Source of the DNA: Actinomycetota bacterium
Lineage (GTDB): Bacteria; Actinomycetota; Actinomycetes; Actinomycetales; Kineosporiaceae
Length of the DNA stretch: 64,000 nt
Direction: 5' to 3'
Assembly: GCA_030837345.1 (NCBI GenBank)
Contig: JAUPKQ010000051.1
Coordinates: 717 to 64,716, forward strand
Shown here: positions 44,271 to 53,360 of the stretch, piece by piece
How positions within the stretch are numbered: the stretch's first letter is position 1
Layout: each line of letters opens with the position of its first letter
The notes under the pieces: generated by a model
Seen by the model: the letters and a program-made list of their open reading frames with translations, nothing else
Database searches by the model: none
Told to the model about the DNA's origin: nothing
Made by a program: the position numbers and the translations under genes

Positions 44271-45475
44271 TGACACGTCCGGACGGCGTCCTGTCCGAGC
44301 TCGCCGCGTGGCAGGCCGCCGTCCGTGACCAGTTCCCCATCCTCTCCGGTGCTCCGGGCAGTTACCTCGACAGCGCCGCGACCGCGCAGAAGCCCCGCGC
44401 GGTGCTCGACGCCGTCCAGGAGTACCTGACGACAGGCAACGCCAACGCCGGTCGCGGCTCCTACCCCTGGGCCGGGCGCACGACCGCCCTGGTGGACCGC
44501 TGCCGGCGCAGGATCAAGGGTTTTCTCGACGATCCGGAACCAGACCGCTCCGTCGTCCACGTCGTCGGCGGGACGACCGCCGCGCTGCGCACCCTCGCCC
44601 TCGACTGGCTCGTCGACCACCTGACCGACGGCGACGAGATCGTCGTCCCGTTCGCCGACCACGAGGCCAATGTCAGCCCGTGGCGGGAGGCGCGCGACGT
44701 CCTGGCCCGCCGCGGCGTCCGGATCGAGGTCGTGGCGATGCCCTACGAGCCCTCCGGCGACTACGACCTCGCCGCGCTGGCCGCTCTGGTGTCGCCGCGC
44801 ACCCGGTTCGTGGCGGTGACGCACGTGCATCACGTGTTCGGGGTGGACATGAACATCCATCGCCTCCGCGACGTGATCGGTCCGGAACCCGTCGTGTGTC
44901 TCGACGCGGCGCAGAGCCTCGGGCACCTTCCCGTCTCGGTGCGCCGTCTCGACGTGGACTTCCTGGCCTTCTCGGGACACAAGGCGATGGCCCTGCCCGG
45001 TGTCGGCGTCCTGTGGGCCCGCAACACGCGCGGACGGCGCTACGCGCCGCGTGGCTGGGAGGGCAGCCCGAACACGACAGGCCTCGTCAGCCTGGAGGCG
45101 GCCCTGGACTGGTTCGAGGAGACCGGCGTCGAACGGATCGCCCTCTGGACGAGGGCCCTCGGCGCCCGCCTGACCGCCGCGCTCGACACACTCGACGCCT
45201 ACCGGGTCCTCGGCTGCCAGGACAGCCTCGCCGCGGGGTCCACCGTCCAGCGCCGGCAGGGCATCGTGACGTTCCGTCACCGCGGGATCCCGGCCGCCGA
45301 CCTTGGGTTCGTACTCTCGGAGCACGGCTTCATGGTGCGGGCGAACAGCCACTGCCAGGCCGGCGCGACACCGGGCGACGCCTCGGTCCGGGTGAGTCTG
45401 CATGTCTACAACACCGTCGAGGAGATCGACCGTCTCGTCGGGCTCCTCGCGGCGTTGAACGCGGAGTGCGGGTGA
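44270..45475 (+). CDS. Class V aminotransferase-fold PLP enzyme (cysteine-desulfurase-like).
   Basis: The ATG overlaps the upstream TGA (TGATG). 'YLDSAATAQKP', 'VTHVHHVFG', 'FSGHKAMALPGVG' (Lys codon 44981-44983) and 'RANSHCQAG' (Cys codon 45353-45355) are present. Confidence 0.85.
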   Translation: MTRPDGVLSELAAWQAAVRDQFPILSGAPGSYLDSAATAQKPRAVLDAVQEYLTTGNANAGRGSYPWAGRTTALVDRCRRRIKGFLDDPEPDRSVVHVVGGTTAALRTLALDWLVDHLTDGDEIVVPFADHEANVSPWREARDVLARRGVRIEVVAMPYEPSGDYDLAALAALVSPRTRFVAVTHVHHVFGVDMNIHRLRDVIGPEPVVCLDAAQSLGHLPVSVRRLDVDFLAFSGHKAMALPGVGVLWARNTRGRRYAPRGWEGSPNTTGLVSLEAALDWFEETGVERIALWTRALGARLTAALDTLDAYRVLGCQDSLAAGSTVQRRQGIVTFRHRGIPAADLGFVLSEHGFMVRANSHCQAGATPGDASVRVSLHVYNTVEEIDRLVGLLAALNAECG

Positions 45476-45495
45476 CCGTGCTCGTCGCGGTCACC
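45471..45495 (+). terminator. Short hairpin spanning the stop codon of the PLP operon.
   Basis: ggtgaccg / cggtcacc forms an 8-bp stem with a 9-nt loop and is followed by tttgt. Confidence 0.4.
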
Positions 45496-45675
45496 TTTGT
45501 CGCGATCGCCGTAGCGGCACCTTGGCGTCAGCGATGCTCCCCTGGTGAGCGGTCACGTGACGAGGCTCGTCGATCACGCGTCGGCGGAGCGCGTCTGGGC
45601 GCCGTCCTGTGGCTGGAGGAGGAGTCAGGCGCACCGGGAGCTGGCTGTCGGACCAGCGTCGTACGCTACGTGCCG

Positions 45676-47178
45676 ATGCTCACACGAGGTGTAGAAGGCG
45701 CGTATCAGGGGGCACGGCGGGCGTTCCAGAATCCGATGCTCGCCCTGCTCCATCAGACGCACGCGCCGTTCGTGGTGACGATCCTGGCGATGGTCTTCAC
45801 GGCGGAAAGGCCGAGGGTGGCCGTGGCGGACACCCACGCGGAGATCAACGACGCCCTCGGCCAGTTGCGGGCGGCGGGCTACGGCGACGAGGGCAACCAT
45901 CCGCTGCCCGCCGGGAACGCGCGTGACCTGTGCAGACAGTGGGTGCAGGCCGGGTGGCTGGTGCGTCAGGTGTCCGACGACGACGTCGAGGTGTACCGGT
46001 TGTCCGCGTACGGGGTCGGCGCGCTCGAGGTCGCCGGGCGGGTGGGCGGGGTGCGCACGAAGGTGTCGGAGTCGAGGGTCAGGACGTTGCTGGAGGCGAT
46101 CGAGCGGCTCGCCCAGCACGCTGATCCGGATGTGATGTCCCGGATCGCGCGCCTGCACGAGGAGATCCAGCTGAGGCAGAAGGAGGTCGCCCGGCTCGAA
46201 CAGGGCGGCGCCGTCGAGACCGTCGATGACGAGCAGCTGCTCGAAGCGGCCGAGAACGTGCTCCACCTGGCGCGGGAGCTGCCCGCCGACTTCGCCCGCG
46301 TGGCGGAGTCGATCAAGGCTATCCAGCGTGACGTCGTCGCCGAGCTGCGGCACGACGTCCGGCCGACGGGCGAGGTGCTCCGCGAGTACCTCGCCCGGGG
46401 GCAGCAGATCCTCGACTCGACGCCGGAAGGCCGCGCGTTCGCGGGGGCGCTGCGCTTGATCGGTGATCCCGCACAGATCGATGACCTGTGGAATCAGCTG
46501 CGCACGGTACTCCGGCACCGGTTCACGAAGCTGCTGCCGGAACAGCAGCGGCGAGAGCTCACCGAGATCTCGCGGCGGATCGAGCAGGGCGTCAAGGACG
46601 TGCTGACGGCGCAGCGGCAGGCCTCCCACGTGATCACCACCCAGGTCCGCACCCACGATCCGATGCGCGACCGGCAGGTGGATGAGCTGCTGCGGGCTGT
46701 GATGTCCGGTTTCCACATGTGGATCCCCAGCTCCCGCCGTGGCGAGGTCATTGAGCCGATGCGCCGCCTCCCGGTCGCCGAGGTCGGGCATCTGCGGCAG
46801 CGGATGAGTGACCTGCGGCCGCCACAGCCGCCCGTGCCGTTGCCGGAGTGGGACGAGGACGAGGACACGGCGGCCGGGGACACCCGGGCCTGGGGCGGTC
46901 CCCGGTACGCCGAACTGCGCGCTCACCTGGCGGCGTGTTCGCAGGGTGCGGCGAGCGTGGACGTCGTGGCCGCGTTCCGGGAGGCGGCCCGGGACATCCG
47001 GCGGCCGGTCGACCTGCTCGGCCTGCTGGAGATCGCCCATGACACCGGGATGACCGAGACGGCGGAGGTCGCGGTGGTCGATACGATCCGACCTGACCTG
47101 ACCCGGCGGCGGTTCGCCCTGGGCGGCGTGGTGATGACGGATCCGGCGAGGGCGGAGGGGCTCGGTGACGATGAGTGA
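45676..47178 (+). CDS. jetA: Wadjet JetA (DUF3375-type kleisin-like subunit).
   Basis: 500 aa. The N-terminus '[25 protein letters not shown]' and the central coiled segment '[22 protein letters not shown]' fit. Size and position ahead of DUF4194 and an SMC-like ATPase fit the JetA-JetB-JetC order. The upstream part of track ORF 44680.. overlaps the aminotransferase gene and was rejected. Confidence 0.75.
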   Translation: MLTRGVEGAYQGARRAFQNPMLALLHQTHAPFVVTILAMVFTAERPRVAVADTHAEINDALGQLRAAGYGDEGNHPLPAGNARDLCRQWVQAGWLVRQVSDDDVEVYRLSAYGVGALEVAGRVGGVRTKVSESRVRTLLEAIERLAQHADPDVMSRIARLHEEIQLRQKEVARLEQGGAVETVDDEQLLEAAENVLHLARELPADFARVAESIKAIQRDVVAELRHDVRPTGEVLREYLARGQQILDSTPEGRAFAGALRLIGDPAQIDDLWNQLRTVLRHRFTKLLPEQQRRELTEISRRIEQGVKDVLTAQRQASHVITTQVRTHDPMRDRQVDELLRAVMSGFHMWIPSSRRGEVIEPMRRLPVAEVGHLRQRMSDLRPPQPPVPLPEWDEDEDTAAGDTRAWGGPRYAELRAHLAACSQGAASVDVVAAFREAARDIRRPVDLLGLLEIAHDTGMTETAEVAVVDTIRPDLTRRRFALGGVVMTDPARAEGLGDDE

Positions 47179-47842
47179 GCCGCGCGGCTCCGACGACGGT
47201 TGGCCGGCTGACACGACGACCGGATTCATCGACCCGGTGTCGATGGAGGACGATCCCACCGAGTTGTTCGCCGGCGACGCGGGCACCCTGGACGCCGACG
47301 TCCGCCGGGTCCTCGTCCAGCTGCTGCGCCGCAAGTTCCTCCTCGCTGAGAAGAACCCCGCCCAGTGGCGCACGTTGCTGGAGAACCAGCAGATCATCGA
47401 ATCGCGGATGCACGACCTGTTCATCCGCCTCGTGGTCGACCACGACCGGGGCGTCGCCTACAAGCAGCAGGTGCGCTCGGCGGAACTGGACGTTCCGATC
47501 CTCCTCAAGGACGACCCGTACACCCAGGCCGAGACCCTGGTGCTGGTGTACCTGAGGACCGTCTTCCAGCGGGAACGCGGCGCGGGGGAGACCTCGGCGC
47601 GGGTGGACATCGAGGAGCTGGAGCAGACCGTCCTCACCTATTTCGATCCGGACGACTACAACATCGCCCGCAGGCAACAGGAGGTCCGCAACGCGGTGCA
47701 ACGCCTGGTCACCGAGGGCCTGCTCACGGAGGAGTCCGCGGGCCGCTACCGGATCACCGCGATGGTGGAGGTCGTGCTGAGCACCGCCAAACTCACCGAG
47801 CTGGAGCAGTGGCTGCGCAGGAAGAACGAGGCCGCGGTGTGA
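47165..47842 (+). CDS. jetB: Wadjet JetB (DUF4194-type, MksE-like).
   Basis: 225 aa. '[54 protein letters not shown]' matches the DUF4194 pattern as I recall it. It overlaps jetA by 14 nt. Confidence 0.75.
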   Translation: MTMSEPRGSDDGWPADTTTGFIDPVSMEDDPTELFAGDAGTLDADVRRVLVQLLRRKFLLAEKNPAQWRTLLENQQIIESRMHDLFIRLVVDHDRGVAYKQQVRSAELDVPILLKDDPYTQAETLVLVYLRTVFQRERGAGETSARVDIEELEQTVLTYFDPDDYNIARRQQEVRNAVQRLVTEGLLTEESAGRYRITAMVEVVLSTAKLTELEQWLRRKNEAAV

Positions 47843-47844
47843 AC

Positions 47845-50800
47845 ATGATCGACACCTTGTTCGGCCTGATCCCGGCGGTGTCGCGAGGCCAGCAGTGGGT
47901 GGGGCGCGACCTGCAACTCGTCAACTGGGGCGGTTACGACGGGTACCACCACCTGCGGTTCGCGCCCGGCGCGACCTTGCTCAGCGGAGGCTCAGGCTCT
48001 GGCAAGTCGACGCTGATGGACTCCTACATCGCGTTGCTCATGCCCCACACGACCCCCTTCAACGGCGCCTCGAACGGCGGCGTGGTCGGCAGGCCCCGGG
48101 GAAAGGATCAGCGCAACATCCTCTCCTACGCCCGCGGCAAGCTCGACGAGTCCCGGACCGGCGGCGAGACGAAGGTGCGGGTCCTGCGCGGGGACGGCCG
48201 GGACACCTGGTCCGCCATCGCGATGACGTGGATCGACCACACCGGCGCCGAGTTCACCGCCCTCCGCGCCTGGTACGTCCCGTCGTCCGCGCGAACCCTC
48301 GACGACGTCACGGTGGTACGGGCCACCTGCGACCACGCCTACGCACTTCGCGCCCTCGAAGGTCCGGCCACGCGGAGGCTCGCTCGCGCCGTCGTCACGG
48401 CGACCGGCCTGACCTGCTATGACACCGACCGGGACTTCACCGCGCGGCTGCACACCACGCTCGGCATCGGCGCCGCGGGCGACGGGCACAAGGCGGTCGC
48501 CCTGCTGGGGCGGATCCAGGCCGGGCAGCAGATCACCACTGTCGACGCCCTGTACAAGACGATGGTCCTCGAGGAACCCTCCACCCTGGCCACGGCGGAC
48601 GCCGCGGTCCAGCAGTTCGACGAGCTGTCGGGTACCCGGACCAGAATGATCATCGCCCGCCAGCAGGTGAAGGCCCTGACCCCGATCCGCGAGCACCGGC
48701 GCGCCATCGACGACGCGGTGGACCGGGCGCGGCTGATCGACGAGGTCGGATCGTTCACCGACGCCTCCTCCCCGGCCGCGTTGTGGCGGTACGGACGTCG
48801 CCTCGACCTGCTGCGCGCGGCCGAGAAGGACCTCGCCCAGCGGCTCCGCAAGGCCAAGAACGAACTGGCGGAGACCAGCGCCCTGGCCGAGGCGGCCGAC
48901 GCGCAGCGTGAGGGGGTCGTCGAGACGCTCCGCGCGTCCGGCGGAGACCGCCTGGACACCGCGTTCCGGGAGATCCGCGACGCCGAGCGGCGGCTGGGCG
49001 ACGTCCAGCGCTCACGGGAACGGCTGGACCGCGCGCTCGCCGCCGTCGACGCCACCGTCTCCACCCGCGAGGATTTCGCCGCCCTGGTCGAGACGGCTCA
49101 TCGCTCCCTGACCGACCTCGACGCCAGGAAGACCGTCCAGAACCGGTTCGCCGACGCGATGGTGGAGAAGAAGGACGCCGACCGCGAGCTGGCGCGGTTG
49201 AACGCCGAGCACGCGGCGGTCAGGACACGCCGGGACAACATCCCGACCGAGCTGCACACCGCTCGCGCGATGCTGGCCGACGCCGCCGGGCTCACCCCGG
49301 CGGACCTCCCGTTCGTCGGAGAACTGATCGAGGTACGGACGGAGTTCGAGCCGTGGCGTGAGGCGTTCAACCTGGCGCTCGGCGGATTCTCCACCCGGAT
49401 GCTCATCGACATCGGCCGGCTGCACGCGTTCCGTGAGGCGATCAACGGGGTGTCGACCGCCCGGCGGATCCAGTTCGAGGGGGTGCGCACGGGCCTGCGC
49501 GACGACGTCGGACTGGACGGCAGGACGCTCCCGGGCAGGCTCGACTACCGGCCGTCGCCGTTCACCGCCTGGTTGAAGAGCGAACTCGCCCGGCGGTTCG
49601 ACTTCGTCTGCGTCGAGACGCCCAAGCTGCTGGGGCAGCATCCCCGGGCGCTCACGATCAGGGGCCAGACGTCGGAGGGCGGCCGGGGAGCCCACGGAGG
49701 CCACGGCCGGGCCAACATGCTCGGCTTCACGAACGGCAGGCTGCTCGCCGATCTCGAGGCCCGGATCGGCCGCGCGCGGGACCGTCTCGACGACGCCGAC
49801 GTCTCGGTGGCGAAGGCCGAGGAGGACCTCAACTCGTTCGAAACCAGACGCGCGACGTACCAGACCGTGGCCGAACTGACCTGGGACCAGGTGGACGTCG
49901 AATCCGTCCTCGCCGAACGGGACCGCTGGAACGGTGTCGTCGACGAGATCCGCGCGGGGAATCCGCGGCTCGACGAGTTGCAGCGTCAAATGCACGAACT
50001 CAAGGCGCGGGTGACGCAGCTGACCGAGCGGGTCGGCCGGCAGAAGGTCACGGTGGAGGTGCTCGACCGGTCCTGGACGTCGACCGTCGACGAGGTGGAC
50101 CGTGCCCAGTCCGCGCTCGACACGGCCGCGGAGCAAGGCGCCGACGTCCGCCGGGACCACCGGTCGTACCTGGAGTCGCTCTTCGCCACCGACCCGGCCA
50201 CCGACCCGGCCATCGACCCGGCCGGTTCCGCCGGGGAGGGGATGCTCGCGGAGTTCGACGCGACGGTGAAGCACGCGACCGAGCGGATCCGCGCCGACCG
50301 GCAGTCCGCGACGGAGACGATCACTCGGTCGGGAAAGGCGCTGGCCGACACGTTCTCGACGTTCATCGAGCGATGGCCGAACCCGAACCTCGGCACCGAC
50401 GCGGACGCCTCCTACCGCGACTTCGACCGTCTGCTCACCGACCTGGAGACCAACGGCCTGCACGAGCTGGAGACCGACTGGAGGGACAGCCTCCTCAAAC
50501 TGTCCGGCAACGACCTGACCGGTCTGGACAGCGAACTCGCCTCCGCCGTCCGGGAGATCCGCGACCGGATCGACCCGGTCAACCGCATCCTCGCCGGGCT
50601 GCCGTTCGCCGACGACCAGCACCGGCTGCGCATCGATCCGCAGGAGAGCCATTCCGCCGTGCGCGCCCGTTTCCGCAAGGAACTGCGTGACGTTCGTGTC
50701 GTCATCGACCAGGCGGAGACGGACGACGCCCGGGAACGCGCCTATCACCGGATGGCCAAGGTGATCGACCGCATCCGGCGTACCGCCCCCGATTTCGCCG

Positions 50801-51219
50801 ACCTCGTCGACGTCCGCAACCACGTCCGGATCAGCGCCGAGAAATGCGATCTCGACGGCCGGCACGTCGCCGTCTACGACCACATCGGCGAGAAATCCGG
50901 AGGTGAGTCCCAGGAACTCGTCGCATTCATCGTCGGGGCCGCGCTGCGTTACCAGCTGGGCGACGCGGGCGCGGACCGCCCCCGTTACGCCCCCGTCTTC
51001 CTCGACGAGGCGCTCATCAAGGCGGACGCGCACTTCACCGGCCGGGCGATCGGCGCCTGGCGCGGCCTCGGCTTCCAGCTGATCGTCGGCGCCCCGAATG
51101 ACAAGCACAGCGCGATCGAACCGCACGTGGACGCCGAGTACCTGATCCTCAAGAACGACCAGGGCCGGTCGTGGGCGAAACCCCTGGTCGGGGTGCCGGA
51201 AGTCCTCACCCGGGGCTGA
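47845..51219 (+). CDS. jetC: Wadjet JetC (SMC/MksB-like ABC ATPase).
   Basis: 1124 aa, starting 2 nt after the jetB stop. Walker A is 'LLSGGSGSGKSTLMDS', followed by long coiled-coil arms. The C-terminal signature and Walker B are 'GEKSGGESQELVAFIVGAALRYQL...PVFLDEALIKAD'. Confidence 0.85.
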   Translation: MIDTLFGLIPAVSRGQQWVGRDLQLVNWGGYDGYHHLRFAPGATLLSGGSGSGKSTLMDSYIALLMPHTTPFNGASNGGVVGRPRGKDQRNILSYARGKLDESRTGGETKVRVLRGDGRDTWSAIAMTWIDHTGAEFTALRAWYVPSSARTLDDVTVVRATCDHAYALRALEGPATRRLARAVVTATGLTCYDTDRDFTARLHTTLGIGAAGDGHKAVALLGRIQAGQQITTVDALYKTMVLEEPSTLATADAAVQQFDELSGTRTRMIIARQQVKALTPIREHRRAIDDAVDRARLIDEVGSFTDASSPAALWRYGRRLDLLRAAEKDLAQRLRKAKNELAETSALAEAADAQREGVVETLRASGGDRLDTAFREIRDAERRLGDVQRSRERLDRALAAVDATVSTREDFAALVETAHRSLTDLDARKTVQNRFADAMVEKKDADRELARLNAEHAAVRTRRDNIPTELHTARAMLADAAGLTPADLPFVGELIEVRTEFEPWREAFNLALGGFSTRMLIDIGRLHAFREAINGVSTARRIQFEGVRTGLRDDVGLDGRTLPGRLDYRPSPFTAWLKSELARRFDFVCVETPKLLGQHPRALTIRGQTSEGGRGAHGGHGRANMLGFTNGRLLADLEARIGRARDRLDDADVSVAKAEEDLNSFETRRATYQTVAELTWDQVDVESVLAERDRWNGVVDEIRAGNPRLDELQRQMHELKARVTQLTERVGRQKVTVEVLDRSWTSTVDEVDRAQSALDTAAEQGADVRRDHRSYLESLFATDPATDPAIDPAGSAGEGMLAEFDATVKHATERIRADRQSATETITRSGKALADTFSTFIERWPNPNLGTDADASYRDFDRLLTDLETNGLHELETDWRDSLLKLSGNDLTGLDSELASAVREIRDRIDPVNRILAGLPFADDQHRLRIDPQESHSAVRARFRKELRDVRVVIDQAETDDARERAYHRMAKVIDRIRRTAPDFADLVDVRNHVRISAEKCDLDGRHVAVYDHIGEKSGGESQELVAFIVGAALRYQLGDAGADRPRYAPVFLDEALIKADAHFTGRAIGAWRGLGFQLIVGAPNDKHSAIEPHVDAEYLILKNDQGRSWAKPLVGVPEVLTRG

Positions 51220-51232
51220 ACCGCCAGCCTGG

Positions 51233-52138
51233 TCAGCTCAAGCGGTAGTTCTGTCCCTTCCAGAAGGACGTCGGGTCGGGGTTGTCGAGGACGGGGTCGT
51301 TGACGCTCTTCGACGCCAGGGCGTGACGGCCCGGCCGCATCTCGACGTGGGTGTGGGCGCTGCCGCTGGCCGAGACTCCGCGCCAGCCCTCGGTGGCGAT
51401 CTGGTGGCCCCGGCTGATCTTCTGCCCGGTGCGCAGGTCCGACGCCGGGGCGGAGTGCAGGAAGATGACCGTCTTGTTGGTGCCGGGGTCGTAGATGGCG
51501 ATGGTCGAGAGCCCGCCGCTGCCGTTCGCTCCCCGGACGACGTTGACGACCGTGCCGCCGACGAGGGCATGGACCGGTGAGCCGACTCTCCGGGCGAAGT
51601 CGATCCCCTCATGGCGGCCCGAGGTGGTGGAGTAGCCGTCGAACCGGCAGACGAGGCTCCCGCCGGTGGTTCCGTAGAGCGCGGCCGACAGACTCCGCGT
51701 GCTGCCGGGCTGCGTGCCGCCCTTCGTGGTGCCCAACCTGTGGGAGGCGTTCTCGTTCTTGAGGGCGGCGTCGAGGTTCGCCGAGGATCCGGCGGGGATC
51801 GTCTGGCTCCTGCCGGTGAAGCCGGTGTTGAAGTAGATCGTCACGGGTGTGGAGGTTCTGTTCCTGGCCGACGCCGCGTGGTTCTTCACGCACAGTCCTT
51901 TGCCGGCTTCTTTCCCCCTGAACTCGTAGCACGACGGCTGCGTCGTCCCGTAGTCGGCCAGGGAACCGGTGAAGTCCGACACCGCCCCCTGCTGATTGCT
52001 GTTGTAGAAAAGACAGAACTCGCCCGCTTCGCAGACACCGTTCCTGGCGGACGCCGGGGCGGACCAGGCGGTGACGGCGGAGACGGTGAGAAACGCGATG
52101 GCGGTGGCACCGACGATGACGGTCTTCTTCAAGCTCAT
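51233..52138 (-). CDS. Secreted protein with an I36-like peptidase-inhibitor domain fused to an M23 (LytM-type) metallopeptidase domain.
   Basis: Start MSLKKT is preceded by AGGAG and a signal peptide is present. I36-like part: 'CEAGEFCLFYNSNQQG...CVKNHAAS'. M23 motifs: 'GRHEGIDFA' (HxxxD) and 'SAHTHVEM' (HxH). Confidence 0.8.
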   Translation of the reverse strand: MSLKKTVIVGATAIAFLTVSAVTAWSAPASARNGVCEAGEFCLFYNSNQQGAVSDFTGSLADYGTTQPSCYEFRGKEAGKGLCVKNHAASARNRTSTPVTIYFNTGFTGRSQTIPAGSSANLDAALKNENASHRLGTTKGGTQPGSTRSLSAALYGTTGGSLVCRFDGYSTTSGRHEGIDFARRVGSPVHALVGGTVVNVVRGANGSGGLSTIAIYDPGTNKTVIFLHSAPASDLRTGQKISRGHQIATEGWRGVSASGSAHTHVEMRPGRHALASKSVNDPVLDNPDPTSFWKGQNYRLS

Positions 52139-52183
52139 GGATGGCTCCTTTTTTCGGTTCGTGGTCACGGATCGCCCGCGGGT

Positions 52184-53206
52184 TCAGGGGCGGGGAATGA
52201 CGGCCAGAGGATGGCGGCGGTACTGCTCCCAGGTCCGTAGGCGAATCCGGGGGCCGTCGTCCGGGCCGCGGTTCGCCAGGCCGCCCAGGCCGAGGCAGTA
52301 GTCGCCGGTCTGGTGCTGGGCCTGGGTGGAAAGGTCGGGGTCGCTGATCGCGACGGCGTGGAGGTGCCAGGGCCACGCGCCCTGCCGGGGGGAGCGGAGC
52401 CATGCCGCGAAACCGACCTCGCGAAGAGCGCGGACGGCGGCGGTACGGGTACTGGTACTCAGGCCGGCGACCGAGAGGTCGATGGCGCCGCCGCCGTCGT
52501 GCGTGCCGGCCGAGGTGGGATCCCCGCCGGGGTTGTAGGAGCCCTGCAGGACGACCAGGCGGCGGCCGAGCAGCCGCTCGGCCTCGGCGAGCATCGCCAG
52601 GGTGCGCGTGGTGACGACGTGCCCGTCACGGGAGGTCCGGGCGCCGGGGACGACGGTGCGGATCACCCGGTACCGGCCAGCGCCGAGCCTGGTCAGCGAG
52701 GTCGCGCCGGGCAGCCCGTTCGCGTCCGTCCCGGTGTACCCGAGGGAACGCTGGTAGGCCGCATAGGCGGTGATCGTCTGGGTGCCGAAGTAGCCGTCGG
52801 CCCAGCGCGCGTCCAGCAGGTGCCGGGCCCCGAGCGCCCGTTCGACGGCCAGCACCGAGGCCTTCGCGCCGGGGGTCAGGGTGTTGTCCGGCCGGCGGGG
52901 GTCGATCTGGGCGGCCAGGACCGTCGCCTCCATGTCGACGGCGGGTAGCACCTCGACGGCGGGAAGCACCGTCGAACTGAGGGACGCCGATGAGGCGCCG
53001 TACGCCGGGACGGCGACGATGGCGGCGAGAGCGGCAGCCAGGCCCGCGGCGGTGATCCCGGCAGGCAGGCCCGCGGTGGTGAGACCGGTGGCCAGCCGGT
53101 GAGCGCATCCGGAGGATCCTCGTCGTGTACGGCGGGCGCCGTCGTGGCGAGGCGTACCCTGACGGCGGCCATGGCTGACCGAGGTGGGTGTTTCGGGGGA
53201 TGGCAT
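52184..53206 (-). CDS. Secreted peptidoglycan-binding (PG_binding_1) protein with an M15/LAS-type zinc peptidase-like domain.
   Basis: PG-binding part: 'VLAVERALGARHLL...DGYFGTQTITAYAAYQRSLGY'. LAS signature: 'GTHDGGGAIDL' (Hx6D) and 'WPWHLHAV' (HxH). The start is uncertain (53206 or 53242). Confidence 0.65.
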   Translation of the reverse strand: MPSPETPTSVSHGRRQGTPRHDGARRTRRGSSGCAHRLATGLTTAGLPAGITAAGLAAALAAIVAVPAYGASSASLSSTVLPAVEVLPAVDMEATVLAAQIDPRRPDNTLTPGAKASVLAVERALGARHLLDARWADGYFGTQTITAYAAYQRSLGYTGTDANGLPGATSLTRLGAGRYRVIRTVVPGARTSRDGHVVTTRTLAMLAEAERLLGRRLVVLQGSYNPGGDPTSAGTHDGGGAIDLSVAGLSTSTRTAAVRALREVGFAAWLRSPRQGAWPWHLHAVAISDPDLSTQAQHQTGDYCLGLGGLANRGPDDGPRIRLRTWEQYRRHPLAVIPRP

Positions 53207-53360
53207 GAGGGACACGGTGGTCGGCGCCGCCGAGACGGCCAAGGGCAGGCCCTGCCCCCTGCCCGACGTCGCCGGGCCGGGGAGAGCGGAGTTGCGGCCG
53301 CCCGCAGAGGGCCGACCGGTGTCTGCTGACGGGCGCCACGGGTCAGCGGACGCCCTCTTT

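Noticed and set aside
44680-45675. 5' extension of the 832-aa ORF that contains JetA.
   Set aside because: The first ~330 codons overlap the class V aminotransferase gene in another frame and are Arg/Pro-rich. JetA-like sequence begins only at ATG 45676.
45476-45675. Functional coupling of the PLP operon and the jetABC operon as a single system.
   Set aside because: A hairpin overlaps the aminotransferase stop, and a 200-nt untranslated gap precedes jetA. Within each operon, by contrast, genes overlap or are 2 nt apart. Adjacency alone does not support a shared function.
51220-53360. Search for a jetD (Toprim/DUF2220) gene or remnant downstream of jetC.
   Set aside because: Only 13 nt separate jetC from a convergent M23 peptidase gene. 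The following ORFs are cell-wall peptidases, and no Toprim-like motif was seen in any frame that I inspected.
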